Below are positions 48,565 to 58,738 of a DNA stretch of 64,000 nt, one piece after another. A program made the position numbers and the translations under genes. Each line of letters opens with the position of its first letter. Position 1 is the stretch's first letter. The notes beneath the pieces are model-generated. The model saw nothing but the letters and a program-made list of their open reading frames with translations. It searched no databases and had not been told where the DNA came from. The stretch comes from Myxococcota bacterium (GTDB lineage Bacteria > Myxococcota_A > UBA796 > UBA2385), in assembly GCA_044344255.1 (NCBI GenBank), contig JBIJDH010000002.1:512001-576000 (forward strand), in the 5' to 3' direction.

Positions 48565-49212
48565 ATGATTCAGAAGCCCCTTCTCGCCGCAGTAGGTGTC
48601 ACCTGGGCCTTCTTCGCGGGTGCGGCGTACGCTCAAGCCACCCCGGCCTCGGCCCCCGCCGCGCCTGCGGACTCTGCCGCCTACAACCGCGAGCTGTTGA
48701 CCGTCGAGGAAGAGGTCCATGCCCTCAAGGAGGACGTGTTCCGCTCCAAGGCCACCCTGCAGCTGCTCCGAGAGATCGTGATCCAGGGCGCGTCGGCTGG
48801 TTCGCGTGCCACACTTTGGCACGTCAACCAGCTCAGCCAGGGGTACGTGGTCGAGTCCGCCACCTACTATCTGGATGGCCAGGGCAAGTTCTCGAAGGCC
48901 GATCCCAACGGTGGCTTGGATCAGATGAAGGAGTTCAAGGTCTGGGAGGGGGCGGTGACGCCCGGTAACCATGACATCACAGTGAGCCTCCAGCTGCGAG
49001 GGAACGGGTTTGGCGTCTTCTCTTACGTGAAGGACTACACCTTCAACGTGCAGTCCAGCACCACCTTCACGGCAGAGGAGGGCAAGACCTGCTCCGTCAA
49101 GGTGATCGCAGACGAGAGGAAGGGGATCGCGAAGTCCTTCATCGAAAAGCCGGACGTGCGTTTCGAGACCCAGTGCATTCGTCTGGTTGAATCGGCAGGT
49201 GGCGCGAAGTGA
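48565..49212 (+). CDS. Secreted coiled-coil/beta-sandwich protein, first gene of the Glt-like cluster
   Basis: Signal peptide ending 'AYA', coiled coil 'VEEEVHALKEDVFRSKATLQLL', 'RGNGFGVFSYV'. Confidence 0.75.
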   Translation: MIQKPLLAAVGVTWAFFAGAAYAQATPASAPAAPADSAAYNRELLTVEEEVHALKEDVFRSKATLQLLREIVIQGASAGSRATLWHVNQLSQGYVVESATYYLDGQGKFSKADPNGGLDQMKEFKVWEGAVTPGNHDITVSLQLRGNGFGVFSYVKDYTFNVQSSTTFTAEEGKTCSVKVIADERKGIAKSFIEKPDVRFETQCIRLVESAGGAK

Positions 49213-49246
49213 AGCCCCACCTTCGCCCAAATCGCGGGTTGGTTCC

Positions 49247-51577
49247 ATGAGATCGGTGCAGTCCAGAGTCTGGTCATGGTTGCCCTTCGTCGGCGCGCTC
49301 GGGCTTTGCTTGGCGGGTGGATCGGCCTCGGGCGCCGATCGAACCGCGGCAGAGCGCCTGAAGCTGTCGGATGACGCCGTCGCCTCCATGGAGGGACGTG
49401 TGACCGGCCTCTCACGAGACTACTCTCAGAGGCGCGGGCTCATCGGCGCGGAGGAGGCCATCACGCGGTACGAGGAAGGGGTCTACGCCTTCCTCATCGG
49501 GGAGTACGAACGATCTGCGATGACCTTCTTTACCATCGTCGAGTCGCAGGCGCTCTCGGAAGCGCCGCTCGCGAGGGACTCGGAGTGGTACCTCGCGGAG
49601 AGCTTGTTCGAGCTGGGTAACTGGACAACGGCGATCAGCGCCTACGATCGGATCATCGGCATTGGGGCTACACACCCCTTCTTCGCTGACTCTGTTCGTC
49701 GTGAGCTGGAGATCTACGGGATCCTTCGGGATAACGAGAAGTTCTACGCATTGTATACGAAGTGGATCCTCTCCGGGAGTGTCCCAGCGACCGACGCAGT
49801 TAAGTACACAGTCGCAAAGAGCTTCTTCCGCCAACACGAGTGGCCTCGTGCAAAGGCGATGATCACCGAGCTAGGCGCAGACAGTGAATACTATGGGCGG
49901 GCTCGATACCTGATGGGCGCCATCCTGGCCGCTGAGGGGGAGTTTCAACAGGCTGCTGCCGAGTTTGAATCCGTCGCTTCGCGCTCTGGGCAAGAAGATC
50001 CGCGTGTGCTTGAGCAGGCTTGGCTTGCGCTCGGTCGTGTCTACTACGAGCTCGGTCAGTATGGAAAGGCCACCGAGTACTATCAGCGGATTCAGACAGA
50101 CTCTCCGTACTATGCTGATGAACTGTACGAAATTGTGTGGACCTACATCAAGCAGGGGCAGTGGAACGACGCGTTGCGTCAGATCGAAGTCTTCCTTATC
50201 GTCTACCCGCAGCACGCGTACACGATGCAGCTTCGACTCATCCAGGGCCACTTGTACGTTAAGTCCCGCTCCTTTGATCGTGCGTTGTTCACCTACCAGA
50301 CCGTGGTCGAGACCTACACCCCGCTGAAGGACCAGCTTGCCAAGCTGGAAGCTGGTCGCACCGACTCCGCCGCCTTCTTTCAGCGTTTCGTGGATGAAAA
50401 GGTAGTCCAGGACACTGGAGCAGCGGCTCTTCCTCCCTTCGCCGTCCAGATGTTGGTGAGTCAGCCGGAGATGGGTCGGATGGTTGTGACCACTCGCGAC
50501 CTGGCCCAGCAGAAGGCCGACTTGGATGAGTCCCGGGCGCTGATCCGAGAGATCGAGATCGTCCTCGGTAATTCAGGTTCGTCCTTTGGTTCCTTCGCGT
50601 CTGGACGAGGGCGCTTGTCTCGGGTGCAGGATGATGTGCTGGCTCAGCGTGCCACGCTTCTGACGCTCGAGCTCGACGTCCTCAGCTCGGCGGGTAGCGA
50701 GTCCGTTCGCGGAGAAGTCAAGGTACTTCGCCGTAAGCTGGCCGAGCTGAACAATACAAAGGAGGCAATGCAAGGCGTCGAGAGCGCGCGCTCGGACAGT
50801 TATCAGACACAAGATGATCAAGTTCGCGCGGTGCAAGAGGTCGCGGCTCGGACGCATCGAGAGTCGTCGATGGTGCGGACCGACATCGACCAGCTCCGGG
50901 GGCTGTTGGTCGAGAAGAAGAGCACGTTCAGTTCATCTCAGCTCGCCGACATCGAACGGCAGATCAACGAGCTGCAGACCCGGGTTGAGGGGAACAGCAA
51001 CGCGCTAGATAGGCTGCACGGCGATGGCGTGAGGCGGCGGGTGATGAGCACGGTGACGAAGGAGGCCAGCGGAGCCTCCAGCGATCGGTCGCGCTTGGTC
51101 GACGGTTATGAGCAGCTCCACCAGCGCCTCCGATCTTTGGCTTCGAGCGTCACGGACAGCACCGCGAGCTCGTCGCTCAGCGGAGCCGACGAGCTGTGGC
51201 GCCGGGTCGCCGATGTAGAAGCTCGGGCGATTGACGCCCGCAGGTCGCTTGACTCAGCCGAGAGGGACGAGATCGGACTCCTTCGTCGGCAGCTGGCCGA
51301 ACAGACTGCCATCGTCGAAACCCTTGAGAAGCGGCAGGCGAACTCCAGTCGTGGGAATGACGACCTCGCTAGTCGAGTCACGCGAACCAGCTTTGGACGA
51401 CTTGAAGCCCAGCTGTTCGAGAGCATTCAGGACGCTGATGTCGGTGTGGTGGATGTGTTCTGGCTCCGAAAGACGACGGTGACCGATCAGAGCACCATCC
51501 TCACCAAGCAGCGGAGCGCGGAGATGGCCGAGCTGGATGCTGAATTCAATATCATCCGTCAGAAGTTGGAGAACTAG
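49247..51577 (+). CDS. Periplasmic TPR and coiled-coil protein (GltC-like)
   Basis: Signal peptide, multiple TPRs ('LALGRVYYELGQY.KA..YY'), long C-terminal coiled coil. Immediately upstream of the GltD-like gene. Confidence 0.75.
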   Translation: MRSVQSRVWSWLPFVGALGLCLAGGSASGADRTAAERLKLSDDAVASMEGRVTGLSRDYSQRRGLIGAEEAITRYEEGVYAFLIGEYERSAMTFFTIVESQALSEAPLARDSEWYLAESLFELGNWTTAISAYDRIIGIGATHPFFADSVRRELEIYGILRDNEKFYALYTKWILSGSVPATDAVKYTVAKSFFRQHEWPRAKAMITELGADSEYYGRARYLMGAILAAEGEFQQAAAEFESVASRSGQEDPRVLEQAWLALGRVYYELGQYGKATEYYQRIQTDSPYYADELYEIVWTYIKQGQWNDALRQIEVFLIVYPQHAYTMQLRLIQGHLYVKSRSFDRALFTYQTVVETYTPLKDQLAKLEAGRTDSAAFFQRFVDEKVVQDTGAAALPPFAVQMLVSQPEMGRMVVTTRDLAQQKADLDESRALIREIEIVLGNSGSSFGSFASGRGRLSRVQDDVLAQRATLLTLELDVLSSAGSESVRGEVKVLRRKLAELNNTKEAMQGVESARSDSYQTQDDQVRAVQEVAARTHRESSMVRTDIDQLRGLLVEKKSTFSSSQLADIERQINELQTRVEGNSNALDRLHGDGVRRRVMSTVTKEASGASSDRSRLVDGYEQLHQRLRSLASSVTDSTASSSLSGADELWRRVADVEARAIDARRSLDSAERDEIGLLRRQLAEQTAIVETLEKRQANSSRGNDDLASRVTRTSFGRLEAQLFESIQDADVGVVDVFWLRKTTVTDQSTILTKQRSAEMAELDAEFNIIRQKLEN

Positions 51578-51578
51578 C

Positions 51579-54500
51579 GTGCGCTGGCTGGTCAATCTTG
51601 GACTTTTGGCCCTGCTGGTGCCCCCTGCTGTCGCGGCTGAGCCTGCGGCCGCGGAGTCTGGGGCGCCTGCGGTGGATTCTCCTGACCTGAAGGCTTTTAA
51701 GGAGACGGAGCAACGTTACGTTGAGAGGATGCGCGAGTACAAGGCGGAGGTTCGGTCCTACGTCGCCATTCGCGAGGCCGACGAGCGAGCGCGAGTTGAG
51801 GGGGTATTCAAAGAGCAGGTCACGGCCCTGAAGCTCGACGACCGCTACCTTCGAATCTCGGCTGGCAAGCAGTTCGAAGAGTTCCTCGACAAGTACCCAA
51901 ACGCCTCGCACTCGCCCCACGTGATGTTCCGCCTTGCGGAGCTGTATTTTGAGGATGCAGAGGAGAATTGGACCAACAGCTATGGGGAGTATCAGAAGGC
52001 GTTGGACAGCGCCGACGAGGCGGCGCTAGAGCAGCTTCCGGAGGAGCCTAAGAAGGACTATCGTCGGTCGATGGCGATGTACGAGCGCATCTTGAAGGGG
52101 TCTCCAAGCTACGAGTATGTAGACGGTTGTTACTACATGCTTGGGTACTGTCAGTCGGAACCCAACTCGGAGCAGTACAGTGAGGAGGCGGGTCTCCAGG
52201 CGTTCCAGACTTTGATCGAAAAGTATCCGAAGTCGCGCTTTGCTTCTGCTGCACACCTGAGGATCGGAGAATACTACTTCGACACTAACCGTTACCCCGA
52301 GGCCATCCCACACTACAAGGCCGTGGTCGACGCAGAGGGTAGGGACGGCAAGCTGTTTGATCAGGGTCTGTACAAGCTCGGCTGGTCCTACTACAAGATG
52401 AACGAATACGATCAGGCGCTCGTGTTGCTTGATCAGCTCCTTGTGTGGTCTAGTACCGTCTACATGGACCGCCGAGGCCGAGAGTCGGACATGGCGCCGG
52501 AGGCGATCGAGTACACTGCCATCTCGTTGTCCGATCTCGCGGATCGACGAGACCGGTCTCCGGTAGACGTGGCTCGGGAGTTTTACAAGAAGGCGGGCGA
52601 CCGGACTTTTGAGCCCAAGGTGTACAAGAGGCTCGCAGACGTGCTCACGCAGCAGGCGCGCTACGATGACGCCATCGCGGCGTACCGGGAGATTCAGGTC
52701 CGGTGGCCGAGTGATCCCGAGAATCCTACCTTCCAGTATCGCATCGCCAGCCTGTACATGTCCAAGCCCGCGCCAGAGGTGGACAACGCCAACCAGGCGA
52801 TCTCGCAGCTCACCGAACTGTATAACGATGATGGTCCTTGGTGGCGCGCCAACCGGAACAACCCGGACGCGCTCGCCGTGGCGCGGTCGTACATCGAACA
52901 ATCCCTGCTCGCGGTCGCTGCGCAGCAGCACTCCAAGGCCATCGACACCGGCGATCGGACCGTCTATGCGAAGGCCGCCGACCTTTACGGTCAGTACCTC
53001 CAAAAGTTCCCATTTGCGAAGGACTACTACGAGATCGAGTCCTACCGTGGTGACACGCTCCTTCGGGCTGGACGGTCGGAAGAGGCGGAGAAGGTCTTCG
53101 ATCACCTCGCTCGTTCAAGTGGTCACAACTACCAGGAGGCCGCCCTCTGGAACCTGCTGAGCATTCGCCGGGAGCGGATCACCGCGAAGTACGGAGACGA
53201 CAAGGTTGTCCCGTCGGACGCGGTTGTGGCCTCGAAGGAGGTGCTCCCGAGCGGGGCCGAGCGGCCGATCTACGAGCTGGGCCCCCTCCACAAGGCGTTC
53301 GTGGAGACGGCCGATCAGGTCATGGCGATCGACTATAGCTTGGTCGCGAAGCGGATTAAGCAGCAGATTGAAGACTCCAGCTCTCCCCAAGAGAAGGAGA
53401 TCCTGGAGCGGCAACTGGAGGTGGTCAACACCTACGACGAAGGCTTGAAGCAGAATGCACCTGCTTTCGCCTACATCGTCGCGCAGGTGGACTTCGCTCA
53501 TGGGCGCTTTGATGAGGCTCGACCGCGGCTTCAGAAGGTGATCGATCTCTACCCTGAGCGCCAAGAGGCTGAGTTCTCGGCCTACTTGCTGGTGGATACC
53601 TACACCCGGCAAGAGGACATGGCCAACGTCAGAAAGTACGCGGAGCGATTCGCGAAGCTGAGGCTCGGCCCCCGCACCACCCCCGCACCCGAGGGCTTCA
53701 GCGACCTCGCCGAACGTGCGTCCTTCATCTTGGCTCAGGACCTGATGGACAAGCAGAAGAAGTACGCCGAGGCCGCCACGGCCTTTCAGGACTTCCTCCG
53801 CGACTATCCAAAGTCGAAGTACTACAAGGATGCGCTGTACGATGTTGCGTACAACCTTGAGCGGGCTGGAAAGATTGACGAAGCCAATCGCTGGTACGAG
53901 CGGTACGTCCAAGAGAACCCAGTAGATGAGCGGAGCCGGCCTCTCCTGTTCATCCTCGCCGGAAACTACGCACAGAGCCTCGACCTCGACAAGGCCATCC
54001 GCTACTACGAGGATCTTTACAAGGTGACCCGAGGCAAGGGGATCGCATACTCGGATGCACCTGCTGCACTGTTCAACGCAGGTTTCCTCCGGGTGGGCAT
54101 TGGAGACCATGCCGGCGCTGCGAAGAACTTCGAAAAGTACGCTCGTGAGAATCCGATGATGGCCGACGCCGAGTCCGTGATGTTCTCCGCTGGAGAGCAG
54201 TGGGAGCGGGTGGGCGATTCCGAGGCGGTTCGGTTCTACCGAGAGTATGTGCGCGATTACCCGGAGACCAACCCGAATCACGTCATGGAGGCGCTGTTCC
54301 GCATCGCCTCCACCATCGAGAAGGGAGGAAAGCCGCGGGACGCAGACAAGGCGTGGGCCGACCTCTTCGAGGCGTACCGGCGGCTGCAGCCGTCCGGACG
54401 TGTCGGCAACGCTGGGCGACACTACGCTGGTATGTCACAGATCCGCGAGTTCTCGGCGGAGGTTGACCAGTACAAGGTCATCAAGTTCTCCGCAGACGAC

Positions 54501-54977
54501 AAGAAGAACGCAGAGCTCCTGGTCGGCGAGAAGAAGGCGAGGCTCATTGAGCTCGACGCGCGCGCGACCTCGATCATCTCGACCTTCCAGGACTTCGAAG
54601 CATCTTCTGCGGCGCTCTACCTGCTCGGGACCGCCTACCTGGCATATGCCGACATGTTGTACGATGCTCCGCCGCCCAAGGGCTTCAACGAAGACATGAT
54701 GGCGATCTATCGGGAAGAGCTCGACAAGAAGCGCCTCCCGGTCGAGGACAAGGGCAAGGCCCGACTTCAAGCCGTGGGCAACCTCTCGGTAGAGAAGAAG
54801 CGCTGGTCTGAGTGGCAGGTAAAGGCGCAGGATTCGTTGAGCAACAAGTATCCGAGCGAGTTCGCCCCGGACAAGCCTGAGCTTCACGCGTCAGGAGACA
54901 GCGCGGTGGTCCCGATCGCTGGGCCGCTGCCTGTGCTTGAGAAGGCAGAGCCGGCCAAGGCTGGAGGTGCACCGTGA
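51579..54977 (+). CDS. Large periplasmic TPR protein (GltD/AgmU-like)
   Basis: Signal peptide, 'VMFRLAELYFE', 'YPKSRF..AHLRIGEYYFD', 'LYKLGWSYY', C-terminal 'APPPKG...YREEL....PVE'. Confidence 0.85.
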   Translation: MRWLVNLGLLALLVPPAVAAEPAAAESGAPAVDSPDLKAFKETEQRYVERMREYKAEVRSYVAIREADERARVEGVFKEQVTALKLDDRYLRISAGKQFEEFLDKYPNASHSPHVMFRLAELYFEDAEENWTNSYGEYQKALDSADEAALEQLPEEPKKDYRRSMAMYERILKGSPSYEYVDGCYYMLGYCQSEPNSEQYSEEAGLQAFQTLIEKYPKSRFASAAHLRIGEYYFDTNRYPEAIPHYKAVVDAEGRDGKLFDQGLYKLGWSYYKMNEYDQALVLLDQLLVWSSTVYMDRRGRESDMAPEAIEYTAISLSDLADRRDRSPVDVAREFYKKAGDRTFEPKVYKRLADVLTQQARYDDAIAAYREIQVRWPSDPENPTFQYRIASLYMSKPAPEVDNANQAISQLTELYNDDGPWWRANRNNPDALAVARSYIEQSLLAVAAQQHSKAIDTGDRTVYAKAADLYGQYLQKFPFAKDYYEIESYRGDTLLRAGRSEEAEKVFDHLARSSGHNYQEAALWNLLSIRRERITAKYGDDKVVPSDAVVASKEVLPSGAERPIYELGPLHKAFVETADQVMAIDYSLVAKRIKQQIEDSSSPQEKEILERQLEVVNTYDEGLKQNAPAFAYIVAQVDFAHGRFDEARPRLQKVIDLYPERQEAEFSAYLLVDTYTRQEDMANVRKYAERFAKLRLGPRTTPAPEGFSDLAERASFILAQDLMDKQKKYAEAATAFQDFLRDYPKSKYYKDALYDVAYNLERAGKIDEANRWYERYVQENPVDERSRPLLFILAGNYAQSLDLDKAIRYYEDLYKVTRGKGIAYSDAPAALFNAGFLRVGIGDHAGAAKNFEKYARENPMMADAESVMFSAGEQWERVGDSEAVRFYREYVRDYPETNPNHVMEALFRIASTIEKGGKPRDADKAWADLFEAYRRLQPSGRVGNAGRHYAGMSQIREFSAEVDQYKVIKFSADDKKNAELLVGEKKARLIELDARATSIISTFQDFEASSAALYLLGTAYLAYADMLYDAPPPKGFNEDMMAIYREELDKKRLPVEDKGKARLQAVGNLSVEKKRWSEWQVKAQDSLSNKYPSEFAPDKPELHASGDSAVVPIAGPLPVLEKAEPAKAGGAP

Positions 54978-56623
54978 GGCGCATGTCGTCGCTCCTGTTG
55001 GTCGTTGCGCTGGCTGCGTGCGGACCTAAGAAGCCCGCTCCCGGCGTACAACTTCCGTCGCCTCCAACCGCGCCACCGACCGGGATGCCCTCTCCTCCCC
55101 AGCCGGGCGCCCCCGATGCTCCGTCGGCCGCTCCGGCCCCGGCAGAGCTGTCGGTTGGTCAGCAGGTTGAGGAGATCAACGGCCTGCTCGCGGATGGGCG
55201 GACGGCGGACGACGCCCGCGCAGCGCTGGACAGGCTTCGTACGCTGTCCGACAGGTCGCCCGACCTCGCGGTGCTTCACTACAACATGGGTGTGGCTTAC
55301 CTTCGGCTGGGGGATGTGAACAGCGCGCGGAAGTCCTTCTTGCGGACTACGGATATCGATCCGAAGGTCGGAGATGCCTGGTACAACCTGGGCGCCTTGG
55401 CAGAACAGTCGGGTGACTACGATCGGGCATTACGAAGCTACCAGGCGGGGCTGCGGGATGAACCGGACAATGTCCACCTCGCCGCGGGTGAGATCGGTGT
55501 CCTACGAAAGCTGAAGAAGTACTCGGACGCCGAGGCGCGGTCTCGGGACGCAATCCGACGAAACGCCAACAACATTGGTGCTTACAACAACCTTGGGCTG
55601 GTGTACTTGGACCAGGGCAAGGTGGACCTCGCGCAGTTCGTTTACCAGCGCGCGATCAACGTTGTCGAGGGCGCCGTGGACGATGCGTCGATCCATTGCA
55701 ACCTCGGTCGGGTCTACCTGACGCAGAAGCACAAGGAGCTCGCGACGGCTGAGTTCGAGGCCGCGCTCGTCATCGACCCCAAGCTGGTCTCCGCGCTGAT
55801 GATGTTGGGTGAGCTTCATCTCCAGGATCACAACTGGGATGCGGCGGTGGTCGCCCTGGAGAAGGCACGTGATCTTGACCCGGAGAACGCTGCCATCCGG
55901 ATGAACCTCGGGATCGCGTATCGCGGGCTCAAGCGCTTCGATGAGTCGAAGCGCAGCTACGAGAAGGCGCTCGACCTGAACCCAAGCAACCCGGACCCCT
56001 ACCTGAACTTGGGGGTGTTGCTGGGCGATCACATGCAGCTCTTCGATCAGGCTCTGGAGATGATCGAGTCCTACCGCAAGCATGGCGGCTCCCGCCCTGA
56101 TCTGGCCAACACGTGGGAGACCGACCTCAAGAATCGCAAAGAGAAGGCTCGCTTGGCGGAGGATCGGCGGAAGCGGTCGGAGGAGTCCAAGCGGAAGCAG
56201 GAAGAGCGTGAGCGACAGCGTCAAGAGGAAGAGGCCAAGCGCGCGGCGGAGGTCCCGACCCCGCCGCCCGCACCGGAGCCGCTCCCCGCTGCTCCGGAGG
56301 CGCCGCCCCCGGCGCCGGCCCCTGTCGAGGTCGCTCCGCCGTCCAGCCCGCAGCCATCGGAGCCTGTCGCTCCATGGGGCGGCAGCGCCCCGACGAACAC
56401 TCCCACGGAGGTACCGACCGCGGTCGTGGCTCCGCCTGCCGCTCCCCCCGCCGCCCCGGCGGGTTGCCAACAGGACGACCAGTGTCCGACGGGCACGACT
56501 TGCCAGCAGAACGCCTGCGCCCCGCCGCCCTCTACGCCCGCAGCGGTGCCGTGGGGCACGCCGGCTCCCGCCACGAGCCCGGAGACCGGCAGTGGCACCA
56601 CCGCTACTCCATGGGGTCCCTGA
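54974..56623 (+). CDS. TPR lipoprotein (GltE/AglT-like) with Pro-rich and Cys-rich tail
   Basis: Lipobox 'ALAAC', many TPRs ('YNNLGLVY', 'NLGIAYRG'), charged helix, Pro/Ala tail. Confidence 0.82.
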   Translation: MRRMSSLLLVVALAACGPKKPAPGVQLPSPPTAPPTGMPSPPQPGAPDAPSAAPAPAELSVGQQVEEINGLLADGRTADDARAALDRLRTLSDRSPDLAVLHYNMGVAYLRLGDVNSARKSFLRTTDIDPKVGDAWYNLGALAEQSGDYDRALRSYQAGLRDEPDNVHLAAGEIGVLRKLKKYSDAEARSRDAIRRNANNIGAYNNLGLVYLDQGKVDLAQFVYQRAINVVEGAVDDASIHCNLGRVYLTQKHKELATAEFEAALVIDPKLVSALMMLGELHLQDHNWDAAVVALEKARDLDPENAAIRMNLGIAYRGLKRFDESKRSYEKALDLNPSNPDPYLNLGVLLGDHMQLFDQALEMIESYRKHGGSRPDLANTWETDLKNRKEKARLAEDRRKRSEESKRKQEERERQRQEEEAKRAAEVPTPPPAPEPLPAAPEAPPPAPAPVEVAPPSSPQPSEPVAPWGGSAPTNTPTEVPTAVVAPPAAPPAAPAGCQQDDQCPTGTTCQQNACAPPPSTPAAVPWGTPAPATSPETGSGTTATPWGP

Positions 56624-56862
56624 TGCGAGTACGCTCCCACTTCTTCGGTTTTCTGCTCTTCGGACTGCTGGTGCCGGTGTCGGCCTCCGCTCAACAGCGT
56701 CGGAGGGTCACTTACGAGGAGATCGTCATCCAGGGTGAGATCAAGAAGCCGGAGATCACGATCTTCATCACTCGGCAGAATCTTGCGACCGACTATTCCT
56801 TGGAGCTGAGGGAGTCGTTCGTGCCGAAAATTGTGGAGAGCGTTGAAAAGAAGCCCTTCTAG
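56623..56862 (+). CDS. Small secreted GltF/CglF-like protein
   Basis: TGATG overlap. Signal peptide, 'EEIVIQGEIKKPE', 'RESFVPKIVESV...PF'. Confidence 0.8.
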   Translation: MRVRSHFFGFLLFGLLVPVSASAQQRRRVTYEEIVIQGEIKKPEITIFITRQNLATDYSLELRESFVPKIVESVEKKPF

Positions 56863-56916
56863 AGAGATAATTCGGCCAAGCGCGTACACCAACGGCCGGC
56901 AATTTCGGAGCTGAGG

Positions 56917-57579
56917 GTGATGGAGCTCCTTGCGGTGGGGATGCAGAAGGGTGGCATCTTCATGTGGCCGATCCTCGCGATCTGCATCCTCGCCATGGCC
57001 ATCTGTTGCGAGCGCCTGTACGTCATCGCTTTTCGAGCCGACATGGATGGCGTAGCCTTCATGGCGCAGATTCAGAAGTTCGTGCTTCAAGACAACGTGG
57101 ACCGTGCGATTGTCCTCTGCGACGCACAAGGTAGCGCCGCCCTGGCTCGAGTCCTTAAGGCCGGTTTGACGTGCGCAAACGGGAGTGCGCAAGAGATCCA
57201 GGACGCCGTGGACGAAGCGACTCTGGAGGTGTTCCCCACGCTGCAAAAGCGAACCAGCTACCTACCTATGCTCGCGAACGTCTCCACCTTGGTGGGGCTG
57301 CTCGGGACGATTCAAGGCCTGATTCAAGCCTTCGACGCCGTCGCCCACGCATCAGCGGCCACCAAGCAGGCGCTTCTCGCAGAAGGGATTGCGGTAGCGA
57401 TGTACACCACCTTCGGTGGGCTCGTCGTCGCCATACCCACTCTCGTCCTGCACAGCTTCATCTTGTCGCGTACCACCAAGGTGATGGACGACGTGGACCA
57501 ATTTTCCCTCCGCGCGGTACATCTGCTCAGCGCGAGGCGACGCGCCCCCGGCCCGGAGAGGGCAGTGGCCCAAGTCTGA
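56917..57579 (+). CDS. MotA/TolQ/ExbB proton channel (AglR-like)
   Basis: 'GGIFMWPI', 'STLVGLLGTIQGLI.AF', 'GIAVAMYTT.GGL.VAIP'. Confidence 0.93.
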   Translation: MMELLAVGMQKGGIFMWPILAICILAMAICCERLYVIAFRADMDGVAFMAQIQKFVLQDNVDRAIVLCDAQGSAALARVLKAGLTCANGSAQEIQDAVDEATLEVFPTLQKRTSYLPMLANVSTLVGLLGTIQGLIQAFDAVAHASAATKQALLAEGIAVAMYTTFGGLVVAIPTLVLHSFILSRTTKVMDDVDQFSLRAVHLLSARRRAPGPERAVAQV

Positions 57580-57610
57580 ACGTCGCCCTGCCCACCACGA
57601 GGCGTCCGCG

Positions 57611-58123
57611 ATGCCCGGTCCTCGCCCGAGACCGTCCTCTACTGAGCTCAACCTGCTACCGATGCTCAACATGATCAGCGTGATCATCCCCTTCTTGATC
57701 ATGGGCGCACAGGTATCCTCTCTGGCTGTAGTAGACGCCCGTGTGGACGAGCCAGGGTTGGAGAGCTCTACCGATGGCAGCACCCCTCGCCGGGTCGCGG
57801 TCACGCTGTCGGTAGGGCGAAGCGGGTTGAGGGTGTCCACCATGGGAGGGGGGGAGGGGATGAGCGCGGACCTCCCTTGCCGCGCAGACGACTGGTGTAC
57901 CGACGCCGATGACTACGACTGGGCGGAGCTCACCGCAGTCCTGGCCCGCGTGAAGGACGTTCACCCTGCCGTTCAAGACCTGCTGCTCGTCCCGGAGGCC
58001 TCGGTTCGGTACGAGATCTTGATCCGGGCCATGGACGCGAGCCGTGAAGACACCTCTAGCCTCGTGGACGGGCGGCCTCGTCGCTTGTTCCCCAGCGTGA
58101 CCATCGCCAGCGAGGAGCCATAG
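57611..58123 (+). CDS. ExbD/TolR-family subunit (AglQ-like; Asn at the TM Asp position)
   Basis: 'ELNLLPMLNMISVIIPFL', 'YE.LIRAMDASR', 'LFP.V'. Confidence 0.85.
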   Translation: MPGPRPRPSSTELNLLPMLNMISVIIPFLIMGAQVSSLAVVDARVDEPGLESSTDGSTPRRVAVTLSVGRSGLRVSTMGGGEGMSADLPCRADDWCTDADDYDWAELTAVLARVKDVHPAVQDLLLVPEASVRYEILIRAMDASREDTSSLVDGRPRRLFPSVTIASEEP

Positions 58124-58130
58124 GCAACCG

Positions 58131-58676
58131 ATGTCACGGATGAAGTCGAGGCGCCGACTCACCGCTGAGCCCACGCTCAACCTCACTTCCATGATGGACA
58201 TATTTACCATCATCCTGGTTTTTCTCTTGAGGTCGTTCGCGGAGTCTACGGCACCGGTCTCCGCAAGCCCCGATCTCCGTCTGCCGGTCTCCTCGTCGAA
58301 GGAGTCCATGGCTGCCGTGGTGAGCCTGGTCTTGTCGCGTGACGCGATCCTGGTGGACGGGCTCGCCGTCGTCGACCTCAACCGTAGGCCCGATCCGGAT
58401 CGGGAGGGCGCAGAGCTCTCGGTGATCCCCCCGGAGGAGCTGAGCGGCAACTCGATCCCTCGGCTCTCCGCGCGCCTCAAGGAGAAGCGGAGGTCGCCCG
58501 ACCGTCCTTCCGCCGACGGGCCCCCCGGTGGAGCAGCGGTCGCGCCGACCCGCCACGGACGGGTCCTCCTTCAGGTGGACCGGGACATCCCGTTCTCGAT
58601 GGTGCGACAGGTGATGTTTACGGCGGGGCAGGCTGGCTTCGACCAGTTCAGCTTCGCTGTCTACCACTCCAGATGA
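58131..58676 (+). CDS. ExbD/TolR-family subunit (AglS-like)
   Basis: 'LNLTSMMDIFTIILVFLL', 'LPVS', 'QVDRDIPF..VRQVMFTAGQAGF'. Confidence 0.88.
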   Translation: MSRMKSRRRLTAEPTLNLTSMMDIFTIILVFLLRSFAESTAPVSASPDLRLPVSSSKESMAAVVSLVLSRDAILVDGLAVVDLNRRPDPDREGAELSVIPPEELSGNSIPRLSARLKEKRRSPDRPSADGPPGGAAVAPTRHGRVLLQVDRDIPFSMVRQVMFTAGQAGFDQFSFAVYHSR

Positions 58677-58708
58677 GCTTGGATGGCCCCCGATCCAGCC
58701 CGGACACC

Positions 58709-58738
58709 TTGCCTCCCCACCCAAGGCCGGTCTATGCT
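58709..58738 (+). promoter_or_regulatory. Candidate sigma-70 promoter upstream of the GltG-like gene
   Basis: TTGCCT-N18-TATGCT in the 264-bp gap between the AglS-like and GltG-like genes. Confidence 0.35.
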
